DNA of 64,000 nt from Takakia lepidozioides. Lineage: Eukaryota; Plantae; Bryophyta. The stretch is taken from the NCBI GenBank assembly GCA_030704615.1, contig CM060732.1, forward strand, positions 16,244,001-16,308,000. Direction: 5' to 3'. Below the pieces are notes generated by a model. The model was not told the DNA's origin and searched no databases. It worked only from the letters and a program-made list of their open reading frames with translations. Positions within the stretch are counted from its first letter, which is position 1. Each line of letters begins with the position of its first letter. Below, piece after piece: positions 37,890 through 51,100 of this stretch. The position numbers and the translations under genes were made by a program.

Positions 37890-40800
37890 ATGGAGGATGC
37901 TTGTGAAAAGGGTGGAGCGGACTGGGTGGATTTTGTGCACCAAACCAGACTGAAGAAGGAGCGAAGGTATTGGTACTCACCAGACGAGTTTGATCATAAA
38001 ATAGTGGAAGCATTTGTAGACCTCCGCGCCCAGAAGCCCAAAAACTCGAATTGGCAGAAGGACAAGCTCTTCTGTCCCTTCTGTGAAGAGGTTATCAAGG
38101 ACAAAATCCAACTAAATCGGCATTGTGTTGACACGGGTTGCAAGGAGACTGTTGCAATGATTCCACGGGATTTCAAGCCTTGGCCGATACAGAAAGAAAT
38201 GTCGATTGTCAAAGAGGCCACAATGCGCTTGCACGGATCAGTGCTTGACCCCCGCACTTTGGAATTAGACGAAGTGCGCGCACGGTATGGCGTCCATTCT
38301 GGTGGTCCGTCAATGGAGGATTTGCAAGTGCAGGGAACGCCGGACGCTGCCAGAAAACGTAAACTGAGTGATGGGGCCCAAAAAAAGGAGAGGCAAAAAA
38401 AGGAGAAGGCTGCAAGGTCTGCTTGCAAGGCAAGGGCAAAATCTACACAACAGACTAAACCCCGTCCTGGGCGGCAGACCCACACCATCAGTACTGATAC
38501 TGAAAGTGAATCTGCTCAAGGCGGGCAAACCATTATCCGGAATGATGACTTCGAAGGCCTGGAAGGGGTGACAAGTCCAGTGGACATTGACTTGCCTGAC
38601 CAGACTTGGCAGCAGACTCACACAAATATCGCGACCCATGCCAGAGGTTTAGGGTCAAAACCAAAAACTCAATAGAGCACTGAAGGGCCAGTCTGCCCTG
38701 GCACATTGCGCCTCGTTGACTTTGGGCTATTCCCACCGGAGTGCCCACCAATTGGGGATCCAGACTTCTTCCGTTATTTCTATAGAGTTGCCCAGTCAGG
38801 TCTGCTACGCACATTCATCCAACAGGCGGAACAGAACTGGTTGAACAGCTTTGAAGATGAAGATGACGATGATGAAGTAGAGGAGGTAATGGTCAGTCTG
38901 ACCGCCCAGTCTGTTCTATGTGCTGTTTGAGTCCATCATCGGGGTCACGTTGCCTATTCAGTCTGGTCAGTCCGCTGTGTTCTCTCCTCAGTCCGCTGGC
39001 TCACTCCGCTCGTCAGTTAGTCTGTTTTATATCGCTGCATTACTTACTGAGTCCGTTTGTCAGTCCGCTAGTCCAGTCCATTGGTACAGTCTACTAGTTG
39101 CCTCCACCCTACGTACGCACGTTACGTCTGTCAGCCTGCTGGTCTGTGAGTCCAGTCCGCTGCATGAGGTGAATATAAAGTCCACGTCCATGTTCCTGAC
39201 GTCTAAGTTCTCTGCCGTGTACCGGGATGAATGTGTTTCTATTCGTAGGGCCATTCAGGCTTGGCGGATAACTAGCAATGATGCTCCTTTACAAGCGACT
39301 ACAGTGCGTGCGGAGTAGACCGCGTGCGAGAGTACATATTATTGAAGTATCCTGGGTCATCTGCTGCTATAGCGGCATTACATATTCAAGACGCGTCGGG
39401 GGGGAATGCGTCTAGGACAGCCGAGTCTGCCATCCAGCAGACTCCCATTCAGCAGGTCGTCATCCAGCGGACTCCCGTTCAGCAGCCTGTCATCCAGCAG
39501 ACTCCAACGAAGCAGACTCCCAACGAACAGCCTGTCATCCTGCAGAATCCTCTCCAGGAGCCCATCATGCAGCCCATGCCAATGGGAAGTCCTGTCATCC
39601 AACAGACTGCGGACCAGCAGACTGACCAGCAGACTGCCTTTCTCTCACATAGCACGGCGCTTTTTGCAGTTTGGCGATCGCCATCACCGGTAATTCGACC
39701 CGGAGCTGAAGACCTCATACTTCCCCGGCTTAGGGTGGGAGAAATTAATCCCCATTTGGATTGGCATAATGAGCTCCACCGGATTGTTGCGGACTGCCGG
39801 TGGTCATTTGTACCCTTTCATTATTCCATGGAGTTTTCTATTGAGGAAGCCAACCATGTTCTGGAAGCCGCCTCTGTTGTTGCCATTGAAGCCACAAGCG
39901 TCCAAAATGTGCCGCCTCTACTTGTGCAGCTGATTCTCATGGATGACCCACGGCCTGAAGACCTCAGACATATGCCTATGGCACATCCAACCTTTGGGGT
40001 GCGAAGAAAGTACTTGTTCGGATTGACTGAGGAGGACTTTGAGCGCATGGCAGCTTCCTTCCTACAACACAAATGGATGCAATTTGACAATTTCCGCTCA
40101 TACAACAAGTTGATGAAGGATCTGCATAGTTTGAGGATGGACTTACTCCATGGAACAGACCATTCACAGAAGTTTGTGGTGGATGACGCATTGCACTGGT
40201 TTGCATTGGTGATGGAGCGAGCAGTATTCGACATTGTTTTGCAGAATCCCAATGTCTTCAAAGTCCTGTGGTGTGGGATCCCAACTGAAGACCGCATCGG
40301 CGCCATTGCTCATCTCGATGGAGCATGCCTGTGCCGGCAAATCAAGGACATTGGCCTCGTCGGAAATCTCTTGGAAGGTAAAATGTTATGGGCAACTTTC
40401 GTGTTTCAACTCAATTTTTTTTGCCAACTTTTTTAGAAGTTCACATTTGCATAAACATGTGTTGCATGGTGAGTTGATCTGGGAGACAAGCAAGTGCAGG
40501 CTACTTTCGACTCTTTTGCCAGAGGTGCAAGGGACCTTGTCCTGGCTTTACAAGGAGTTCGGGAGACTGTCCAGCAGACTGGCCATAAGAATGTCCAACA
40601 ATATATTCCCCACGACACATGTGGGCAGACTGCCCAAGTGCTGGAGACCAAGCATGTGCACCAGACCGTCCCGGGTAATAGGCCGGATCACTCCCAGCAG
40701 ACTGCCCCGCACACACATACTCAATATGTGCAAACAGTACTGAGCGGGCAGTGAACTTTGTAGACTTTGCAGCAGACCGGAGAACAAACCGGCCAACAGA

Positions 40801-42293
40801 CTGCCCCTCAGCCGACTGTGCAGCAGACCAGCGAACATGGCCACCAGACTGCCCCTCAGCAGACTGTGCAGCAGACCGACGAATCCAGCCAGCAGATTGC
40901 CCCTCAGCAGACTGTGCAGTACACTGGCGAACCCACTCAGCAGATGGCCGAGCAGACTATCCAGGAGACTAACAGCCAGTCTATTCCCTGGATTGTGCAA
41001 CAGACTCGGATGCGCTGGCCTCACCGGGACCCTGTGGACGAATTTCTGCTGAGTTCCCAACAACATGTTTTTGGATCTGCCAGTATGAGTGTTTTGACCG
41101 AGTCCACTTTTCCCCCAGACACATTCACTGACGACATCATCAGGTCACCGGTAAAGCATTCTTATCCAGCTCCCCGTGGCCTGTCTTCTATGATCTTCCA
41201 GCTTAGTCTCGTTTTCGTGCGCTCAGTGGCGAAAGCCATAGATGAGTCTTACGTGATGACCGAACTCAATCTAGAAACGCAAAACCATATCATAGATCTT
41301 ACAGAAGAGTCTGAGGAAGCAATTGCCGGTGGGTCTTCCATACATGTTCTTGATGTTTCCCAAGTCCATGGAGATCCGAACACCCAGCCGGCTGTCCACC
41401 AGACTGACAGCACACTGAACTATCGACACATGGAAGGACTGCCGAGCAACTTGTGGCGGGGCAGCATACTGTCTTCATTGATGAGCAGACTGAACCGCAG
41501 ACTGACCAGCAGACTGCACAGGTCACAGATGGAAGGACTGACCAGGATGGCTCGGAGCGGCAGACTGCACAGCTCAGCTCTGACTGCATAGTTCAGACTG
41601 CACGGCCTGACCAGCACACTGCACACTTCACAGAGGGAAGGACTGACGACCAACCTACCACCGAGCACACTGCCCGCATTGAGGAAGAGACTGAACCGCA
41701 GAGTTGCCAGCAGACTGCACAGTTCACAGACGAAAGGACTGACGAAGAACCAGCGGCCGAGCAGAGTGTCCATATTGAGCAACAGACTGAACATGCTGGC
41801 AGACACACTGACAAGGAACCACATGCGGCGCAGACACCGTCTGGTATAGCGCTGGATTACATGGAGTCTGCTCCCTCACCCCTTGGGCAGGTTGTGCCAT
41901 TTCCTCTTTCAACACTGTTGTTTATGTTTTAGCACATTGTGAAATTGGGCTAATTCGCCATTTTGCTCGGAATCCTCACAGGATGTTCGTCCCTCTGTCG
42001 GCAGACTGTCTACCACTCGTGAGCATCCTACTCTGGCTTCTGTCCGTGGTGCTAATGTGGTGAAAACTGAGAGCATTGAGCTTTCTAGTGTTGACAACGA
42101 TGAATGTGTGGTTATTAGATCCAGTAGTGGAAGGCGGGAGAGCATTCCGGGAAAATCTGCTTCACCTCCACAGAAATTGCGCCGAGGGGAGTTTATGGGC
42201 AACAACGTTAAATTTGCACAGCCCGCTCAATCTATACTGGATGTGCTGAAGCTTCTGCACCTAGACTCCAGAACGTCATCTTACATGGTATAA
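37890..42293 (+). pseudogene. MULE second gene: multi-exon, with N-terminal CxxC..H..C zinc finger, basic NLS-like tract, conserved unknown domain of about 220 aa and QQT-rich repeats; partly decayed
   Basis: ORFs 37890-38675, 38706-38886, 39324-40377, 40494-41889 and 41982-42293, with probable donors GAG|GTAATG (38887), GAAG|GTAAAA (40378) and CAG|GTTGTG (41891). Conserved against the second copy. Confidence 0.8.
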
Positions 42294-42900
42294 TCAACTT
42301 CTAATATCCGAACTCCATATCGGAGTCTCTGTCTTGAAATATTACGGATTTTGACATAGCCAATAATATCACCTCACTCACATGGTTTGTGGTATGGGAA
42401 TGGAGGGACTGTGGGGAGGGGTTTTGGATCAGGGTCAGGTTGGGGAACTTAAGAGATTTGTCTCTCCGTTGTGGCTGGTTGGGTGGGAGATGCGGAGTGG
42501 TCCAGATGGCAGGGCATGCTCTTGTGGGTGGTAATGTGGGAACATTGTGTGTGGCTTTAGAACCAGGCTAGTGAACTGAGGGCACGCAATGTGCATTGTA
42601 GAGTTGATGAAGCGGAATCTTCTTGAGGAATCGCAGACCTCTGATAAACAGTGAGTATCCCAGCATCACGGCCTGAGTGTTCATGCTTTTGCTACACCTC
42701 CAGTGTGATTGAATTTTTTCCAACAGAGGGTATTTTCTCCCGTGTGTATGGCATGATGGTTTAGTGTGTTACATGGTTGGTCCATCTGTCTTGCATAGGT
42801 TGATTTGCTTGCTTGCCCTTCCACTGTAATGGATGCCTATGCCTATCCCTGAAGAGCTGAATTGGCAACCACACAGTTGGGAAATGCCATCCGCAAGAAT

Positions 42901-43412
42901 TGGTCGGCGCCGACCATACACTATAATGCCTTTGAAGTGGATGTGTTCACTGTCTTTAACTCTGTAAATTTCTACGAATTTCAATAATTCCATAAGGTCG
43001 GTGCCGACTTGGATTTCATTGACTGCCTCCATGCGGCACAATCCGCCACAACATGCGCCAATTTCTGTAGTCGGTGCCGACTACACCCTCACAATGCGGG
43101 AAATGGTTTTAATTTCATCCGAGTATCTTCCAATATTTCAAATCGAATGTGCACATTAAAGGAAATTTGAAGGTCGGGCCCGACTACAAACACATTTAAG
43201 CCAAAAAATCAATTGGAAGGCAAATTGGTGCGTTCGTAAGGAAGTCGGCAGCGACTACAGTGCATTAATGGAAAGCGCTTGTCGATTTAAGCAATAGTCG
43301 TTGCCGACTATTCTGTTTGCAAGCCAAAAGCCACATGAAATGAACATCTTTAGCGACCTTGGCAGATCTGTTGGTCGACTTCAACAAAAACTGGTATAGT
43401 CGCCAACGACTA
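42901..43412. repeat. Seven spaced palindromes (T)AGTCG-N4-CGACT(A)
   Basis: At 42901, 42995, 43067, 43171, 43242, 43293 and 43397. Confidence 0.85.
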
Positions 43413-43679
43413 CTCTGATTCGTCTTCCAATTCAATGTAAATCTGCCTGATCACATGACATCTTCCGCCCATGTCGCAAACGTGGGATCGACAACCAAGA
43501 AAGGTATGGGGGTGAGCACGCCCCCCGATGCGTGGGTCAGTTCTACGCATGCGACCCACGAAGTTGCAAAGACAGGTCCAGCAAGTGTAAACAAACCTGC
43601 TGACTAGCTCTATTGCGAAGTAGGGCGACTGCAGTGGACCTCGACAATGGACCGATGGTGTGGACCAACAGACTTACCG

Positions 43680-45290
43680 AATAGCGTTGAGTTCTGTTTC
43701 AGCATCGTCCACAATGAAGGCATTGGATCACCAGCTCGGCAAATCTGCGAGGAGTGAATCGCGCAAGGCTCTCATCCACGGAACCAGGTCTGTTGTCCGA
43801 TTCCTCGCGGATAGGATATAGGCAACTGATATACCATTCAACCACTTGTCGAAGACCATCAATGTGTACAATGGGAACTGTTGGAATGCACAATGTAAGA
43901 TGGTCAGAGCATGCAAATTCCGCTCAGTTCTGCACGAGAAGACTTCATAAGAGTGATGAGGTCTGCAGAGGTTCACAATGGGTCTGCCCCTTGGTCTTCC
44001 GCAACGTACACATGAAAACATACAGAAAGGGTCAGCACACCAAATTTTATGTGAATGTTGCATGGTACTATGCTATCATGCTCGTACAAGTCCATGGAAT
44101 CGTCCAAATAGTATCTTGTCATGATTTGTCCCAAAGGTCGCATCACATGCAACGATACGGTCATGTCCTAGTTCTAGCATTCGTCGTTTCTGCCACGGAG
44201 TCTGTATGCCAATAGTGAATGTCAAATCTCCATCAAAATGCTCGAATGTTGGCTCTAATTTCTCCTCTTGATAGAAAAAAACGGACGCAGGATTTTGGTC
44301 TCTCCACATGCGCACACTCTCCGCATCATCGGCGTGCTTTTTGAAGGTTTGCCACGCACGTTTCTCGGCAAGGTTGCGAACATCTTGCTCCAACAAGAAA
44401 TCATCGCGGGTCCATGCATCGCCCAAGCCGGTGTTGCTCATCACGTGCTCTTTATGCTCCATCATGATTTGGGCGACCGACAGGCCTCAGCACAAACACT
44501 CGACGACCCAGGCTTTCAATTCCTCGCTAATGTGTGGTGCATAGGCGTGGCGGGTGTTCCTGAACTCTGCGGACTTCCCATGCGAGGGTTTCCCTTGCGC
44601 ATCTGTATGCTCCATGTTGTTGTAGTACGTGAGGACACAGATGTCAGGGGTGAGATAGCATTGCTGGACCTTGAAACAGCATTGGCAACCACGCTTGTAA
44701 GACTCTCCATACTCCGACTTCTTTCTCCTTGGGCCTTTATGAGGGCAAGATGTTCCAGCACCCACAAGAGGTCCTCCACGCTTCTGTTTTGGATCCTCCA
44801 CTATTGCCTTGTTGGTACGCTTGTCATCAGGACCGTAACAGCATTGATACCTGGACAGAAAATTCTAAAATCGATATCCAACGACTTGAGGAAGCATAAA
44901 ATCAGAGAACTCGTGAAACAAAAAATGGCAACAGACATGCAATGAAACGTAAAGGATTGAGGATGATGCACACATAATACTGGACAGAAATGTGTTGGCT
45001 CTGGGTGCTTTTCGCGAGCCGGGTTCCACTTTAGAATGGACATTCACCCAAAACTGAGTGGGGTAGTCCTCCAAACTCTCCTCTCCCAGGACAAAGTCAC
45101 CAACTCTATCCCAAGGTATGCAGGCCTTTTCAACATTCACTCGCACACCCATAAACCCATATTGCGTCTCACTCTTCCAATGGAGATCCTTCCTGTTGAA
45201 GGGTCCTGGTTTTGCTGTTTGCAAACATTGTCGAAGAGGCCGTATAAGCGGGCTTTCCGTGATCAGTATATCATCGGGTTTTGCTTCCAC
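43680..45290 (-). pseudogene. MULE transposase of the At1g60560/At4g13970 (plant SWIM zinc-finger family) type; spliced, frameshifted, C-terminally truncated
   Basis: ACIPWDRVGDFVLGE; YGPDD; KRGCQCCF.V..H.D..G..HG; APHISEEL; TRDDFL; DAESVRMW..FFYQ; FTIGIQTPWQ; ACDATFGTN..K/FPLYTLMVFD; FIVDDA..E.NAI (first two catalytic Asp motifs). Confidence 0.88.
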
Positions 45291-45437
45291 GTCCGTGCCC
45301 TATACAGTACAAATGACACGCTTCTGAACATGCAAGAAACGCGCCACAGTACAGGACACGATCGACAACGTGCCAGGAGAACAGTGCGCACGTTCGCGGC
45401 TGCTGGCAAGTGGCAGGCGGCAGGGATAAAGGTTTGA

Positions 45438-45816
45438 ATTGCAGCCCTAAAAATGGAGGGCTCGGATGGGTTATGGGAATAGACGGTGGCGATCCTGCGC
45501 CGTCAGCGGACTGGATGGCAGGGGACTGGCCAGCGGACTGGCGGGCAGACTGGCGGACTGGTAGACTGCTGGGCACCGGACTGGCGGGTAGACTGGCGGA
45601 CTGGCAGACTGGAGGGCAGCGGACTCATGGGCGGGGGACTGGCCGCGCGGTGGACGGGGGCGTGGGCGCGGTTGCTGCAGCCGCGTCCGCGGCTGGGCGA
45701 CCGTGCGCAGCGGCGGGCGGGGCGGGCGGGGTGCTGGGGAGCCGGGCGTCCGTGCGCGGGCCCACCGGCCACATCACACGTGCCCATTGAAGACCCTATT
45801 ATCTTAAAATGAGAGG
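45438..45816 (-). repeat. Right TIR
   Basis: Reverse complement of the left TIR. Confidence 0.93.
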
Positions 45817-48108
45817 CTATTTCCTCACCTCATCAATGATAGCCACGGCTTCCATCCCCTTTTTAAAAAAATAAAAAAAACTATTTCTCTTTTATAAAAC
45901 TGTATAAATAATCCTAGCACGAACTACTTGTAAAGTAGTAGCATGTTGCCATGTGAATTACTACTCGCTCAATTCTCCATCGTATGTAGGTAGGTAGTAG
46001 TTGTGAGGAAAGCTGGCACGGTTGTGGCTGCTGAAGCATACCCCCTTGGTACATAGGCCCTTAGGGTCCGGGGCAGACGAACCAGTGTAGGCACTAGGCA
46101 CAGATAGCGTATGACCTTGGGACTAGTAAAAACGACACACCACATCGGCGTGAACCAGACAACATATCCCTTGGAGACAAGTCAGATACACGGGGAAACA
46201 CAGGGAGAATAGGGAGAAAAGAGTGGGTAGTCCAAGCAAGTATCTAACAACATCCTGTCCGCGGGAGGCGGATTCTGTATCTCGAACCGATTGGGTTCCT
46301 TACCTGGGTTTACTCACGTGGATTTCAGAAATAGCAGTTTTGGTGCAACTAGGGAAGAGTTTCTACACAGGGAGAGAGTACTCGTGAATAAACTGATGTT
46401 AGCTAGGAAATCGATTTAGAACGGGGTGGAGTGGATGTGCACAGGCTGAGCTTAACGAGGCGTGAAAAAGGATGAGTGAAAAATTTGGAGGTCAGGTCGA
46501 CATAAAAGGAGCTTCTCGGGATTGAACTTCCGGAGGTAAATCTTTGAGCACAAACTTCATAGGTAAAGAGTCAAAAGTCAAATAACTGTGTCCTAAGATT
46601 TTAGAGCTTGAGAGAGAATCAGAGAGAACTGAGAAATCAGGTGTTGCGGAGGTAGACGTGTTGCATGATATGCTAGAAATTAGTGTACATGCAGACTAGA
46701 AAATTAGCAGGAGCTCAGAATGGGTTAATGGCGTAGATGCTGCTGGACCATCTCTATGGAGAACTGGGACCTTTCTGTAAAACTCAGACTACATATGAGC
46801 CGCGATGATTTTAGTAGGATCAAAAAATCGTCCCATCGTGTTGGCTGTCAACGACCTCATTCTATAGGTGAATTTAGTTCCGCGGCATTTCTCTTGTTCT
46901 ATGTGCAATGGAAATATCAGCTACCTTACTAAGTAGTTCAGGGATGCAGGCAACTCCATGTAGTCTTGTGGCATGAGATGTGAGTGCATATTTTTGCAGT
47001 TGTTAGAGTGGAACAAACTGGAAGAGTGGTATCTTTTCTATAGCTCCTAAGTGGGATGCTGAAAAATGTGTAATCTATATTCAAGGTGGCATGAAATGTG
47101 AGTTCAGGTCTTGTAAACAAGTTTTAGCAGGATGCTTCAGATGCCTCGCGAAACACAGATGTTAAGGATGACCCCAACATAGCTGTTGGGAATGACTTTC
47201 ATTCACTATGTCAGAGTTAGTGAAGGATTTGGATCTGGAGCTAGAAGCTATGCAAAGAGTGAGATTTTCAGTGAAGGAGTTAGAGCTAGAAGTGCAGCAC
47301 GGAGGTCTGAAAGGAAATAATGTATCCTATGGATGCCATGAGTTGGTTCCAGGGGAAGCCTTCATGATACAAAAGCCTTATTCCCAGGTGACACTCACTC
47401 ATCAAGCATGATGCAACCTGATGATCCCTGTAGTTGCAACAGATTGCAGGAGTAAGACCTGATGGTCTGATTTTCCATCAGTATGTGTGATTAAGACAAG
47501 TGAGCCAAGCTCTCCTATGATTGGAACTCTCTCACTCGGTAAACCCCTCCCTGTTCTGGACTTGCCATGGGCTGCATACTTGTTTCGTTTATGCATCTCT
47601 TCAAGGCCCTAGCGTGCTATAGTTTGTATCTATCTATTAGTTACTTGTTCTGGAGTGAAGCCAACCAAAACCAGTTTCTATGTTCTGTTTTAATTTTTTT
47701 TTCTAATTCTTAAAGCCCATTTGGAAATGAACAGGCACTGTGCGATACACTTGGTTCTCTCAGTGGTTTTGTGAGTGTCAGTGTGTCTGAGTGAGGGACG
47801 GATAGACCATGCAATTGTGTGGCCCAGGTGTGGTATAGCCTTCCATGTCTTTCTGCTGCATGCCTCCTTCAAATGGCAAGATGACAGAGGTTTGCCGAAG
47901 TGGTTTCTGCACATAACTGAGGCATAGACATATGGCTTGGTTTGTGGGCTAAGCTCCTGCGAGTGTTTCTCTCACCCCTTCAGTGTTGTCTGGCTCAAAG
48001 CTATTGGGCTGCCAAAGCGCATGTGCATGCAAACCCCCCTTGCAGCCTAGACTCCCATGATTTGAGGCCACAAGGCAGATTAAGGCACATCCGAGACAAT
48101 GAGAGAGA

Positions 48109-51100
48109 TTGTACTCATAAGACGTTGTTTGCCGTAGCCTTGTGGCCATTGACCCCGCGCCCAGTTTGAGCGGGAACAAAAGGGACAGAACCTACCTCTG
48201 TCAGGGGCTGACGTTGGTAGTAAGACTTACCTCCATATAAAGAATTAATCCGGGTTTTCCAGATATCCTCTAGAAATCCCTTCACACAAGCATCAATCTG
48301 CTGTGTGTGATTTGCCCAAAAACTAGGCCTCAGGAGGGCCTGGGCTTTTGGCTCAGCCTCGAGACTTTCAAAGTTGGTAAACAGGGGTACAGGCACAATT
48401 CCCTTAATAGATTTGAAGAGAGCGTCTCTTTGGTGAGAGAACCCCGGACAGTGTATCAGAAAATGAATACTGTCTTCAGATTGCCCACACAACGGGCAAT
48501 TGCACTCTCCCTTTCCTCTCTGCTTCTGTTTGCTGTTCAAAGGTAGGCTTCCTGCCCTGAGTTTAAATTTCAGTCTAGTGCCGAGAGTGGGTAGACCCTT
48601 GAGGTCATCCAAGATGTCCTCCCCCATGTCACAGACTGGAAACAAGTTCAGGGAAGTTTTCTGCCTAACTTCATTTTCATCAGACAATCTCATGGCAACA
48701 GACATGGCTGAGGACACTACAGCCTCTAAGTCAGATTTATCCAGCAGGGTCAAGACTTGCGGATCCAGGTCCAGGTCCTTGAGGATCTCTTCTACTCTCT
48801 TCTGCCAGGACTTAGCCTGTTTGACAGGGCGGTCCTGTTTCCAAGATATAGAGTCGATTAACTTAGGATATCTGGTGTTGGGCATATGTTGCAGCTGACC
48901 CCACCATCTGACCTTGAATTCATCTCGTCAGGAGCTTAAGGACGGAACGCCAAACTCACCCCGAACAGCCACATTGGCTGTTTTGGAGCATGCTGACATA
49001 CACTCCTTAAGCACCCCCACTTGAATGGATTCTAGAGACTTAGCCTGGTTGGAGTTATCAACCCATATAGCAGATCCGTACTCCAAGGCAGGTCTAATAA
49101 CGCGACAAAGCATGGTTTTCTTAACCTCAGAGTTGACCCCTCTGCAGTGGAAAAATTTAGTGAGCCCCAGAGCTTTGCCCTTGCCAGTTTGAACAACTTT
49201 CCGGATATGTGCATCCCAATTACAATTGGAGGAGAACTCAACGCCCAGGTAAGTGTAGGAAGGGAGGACCGGGATCTCTTGGCTACCCCACTGCCACTTA
49301 AGATCACTTCCTCCCTCTCCTCTGTCGTTGAATGCTACCACTGCACATTTGCTGACATTAGCCTCTAGCCCCCAAAGATCAAAGTATCTCTTCGCGCAAT
49401 CAATCAACTCCTGGAGATTGGTTGGAGTCTCCCCTATGCCTGCAAAGTCATCCGCAAACATAAGGGCTGGTATGGTGGTATCACCCACCCTTAACCCAAA
49501 TCCCTCACTTTCCACATCCTCGAGGAGTTGATTGATGAAAACATTGAAGAGCAGAGGGGAGAGAGTACATCCTTGAGCTACACCTTGGTCTATGTCAAAG
49601 AAGTTGGACTTCTGTCCGTTAACAGTTACACAGCTTTTGGTGTGAGCATACAAGTTGTGGACAACTCTCCACATCTTTCCCTTGATCCCATAAGACCAGA
49701 GGCGGAACCATAGGCCATCTCTCCACACTGTGTCATAAGCCTTTTTGACATCCAGGAAAAAGACATAAGTGGGTTTCCCTTCTTTTTTCCTTCCCTGGAT
49801 AATCTGGCTTAGAGTGAAGATATGATCCACACAGCCCCTGTTTCGCCGAAAGCCAGCTTGGCCTTCGTGGAAACAACCTCTAGACTCCAGATCAACCTCG
49901 AGACGAGTACTTATAACTCTGCAGAATGTCTTGCCAACAGCATTGAGGAGCGTGATGCCACGGTAGTTCCCCGGTTCTTCTCTGTCACCCTTCCTGTATA
50001 GATTGACAATGACCCCCTGTCGCCAGCGAAAGGGGATCATTTCAGTCTTCCAGATAAGGTTAAAGAGGAGAACTAGGGCCTCTATCATGGGATCGCCACC
50101 GTGCTTGATAAGCTTGTTGACAATACCATCAGGTCCACCAGCTTTATATCCATTTAAATGTTCAATTCCTTCCACAATCTCAGAAGAACTAATGGGAGCA
50201 TTATAAGCCATTGAAATATACTCCAGTTCATCAGGGCTGTTTTGAATCATAGGAACAGTTTTTCCAAGTGTGTCCCTCCATTCAGCAGAAGACCCCTCAC
50301 TGTTAGACCTAGAAGTTCTGCCAAGGATACTGTAGTGAGTTTCAAAGGTTTTGACAATGTCAACCGATGAAGTCACCACTGCACCTTTAGTAGTCTTCAG
50401 CGCTTGTACTTGCTGACCGTTTTTCGGCTTGTACAAACGTTGAAGGGCCAACCAAAATTTCTTGTCATTACCACCATGGTGGTTTGAGTTTATTTCACTG
50501 TATAACTTGTCCCAGTATAATTTCTTCTGAGACCTAACAAGCTGATTGATATCTTTACGGAGCTGGTAGTACCTCGCCCACAATTCTCTGTTGGTTTCCA
50601 AATTGCAGCACTCTTTATAGAGGGCTCGTCTCTCAGCTATCTTGAGTTTAATCTCATTAGTCCACCAATTAACTGCTCTACCGCAGACAATTAGTTTCCT
50701 CCCAATGATCTTGTCAGCCACGGAGGAAACGAAACTCTCCCAAGAGTCCACTGCTCTTTCGACTTCATTTCTTGCGTTAACAGAGCGTGACTGAAGTTCT
50801 TGGAGCGATTGGACAAAATGAGGGAGAGCCTCTTGCAAGGCCTGGACGTACTCAGCCTTGACCTCCTCATTGTGGAATTTTTCTATGCGCCACTTCCGAA
50901 TCGAACGTTTCACAGATCTCTTGGTGGTGGGAAAACACCTTTTGATCTCAGTCCAAACCAGGAAGTGGTCAGAGGTACCAATATCAGTTCTGTTGATCAA
51001 CACATTGGCACACTGGGGGAACAAAATTTTGTCCATTATGATATAGTCCACAATGGAACGTTCCCCAGTTTGGGGTTTCTCACGAGTCCACTGCACTTGG

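Larger units (their letters stand above)
35568..45817. mobile_element. Mutator-like DNA transposon (MULE), about 10.25 kb, with long TIRs and a 9-10 bp TSD
   Basis: Ends CCTCTCATTTTAAGATAATA / TATTATCTTAAAATGAGAGG; TATTTCCTC(A) at 35559 and 45818; internal MULE-type transposase. Confidence 0.93.

Noticed and set aside
42901-43412. CRISPR-like array
   Set aside because: Repeats are short and degenerate, spacing is irregular, there are no cas genes and the context is eukaryotic.
47208-47411. First coding exon of the host gene
   Set aside because: It has a plausible donor at about 47388, but no recognisable homology and no demonstrable in-frame link to later exons.
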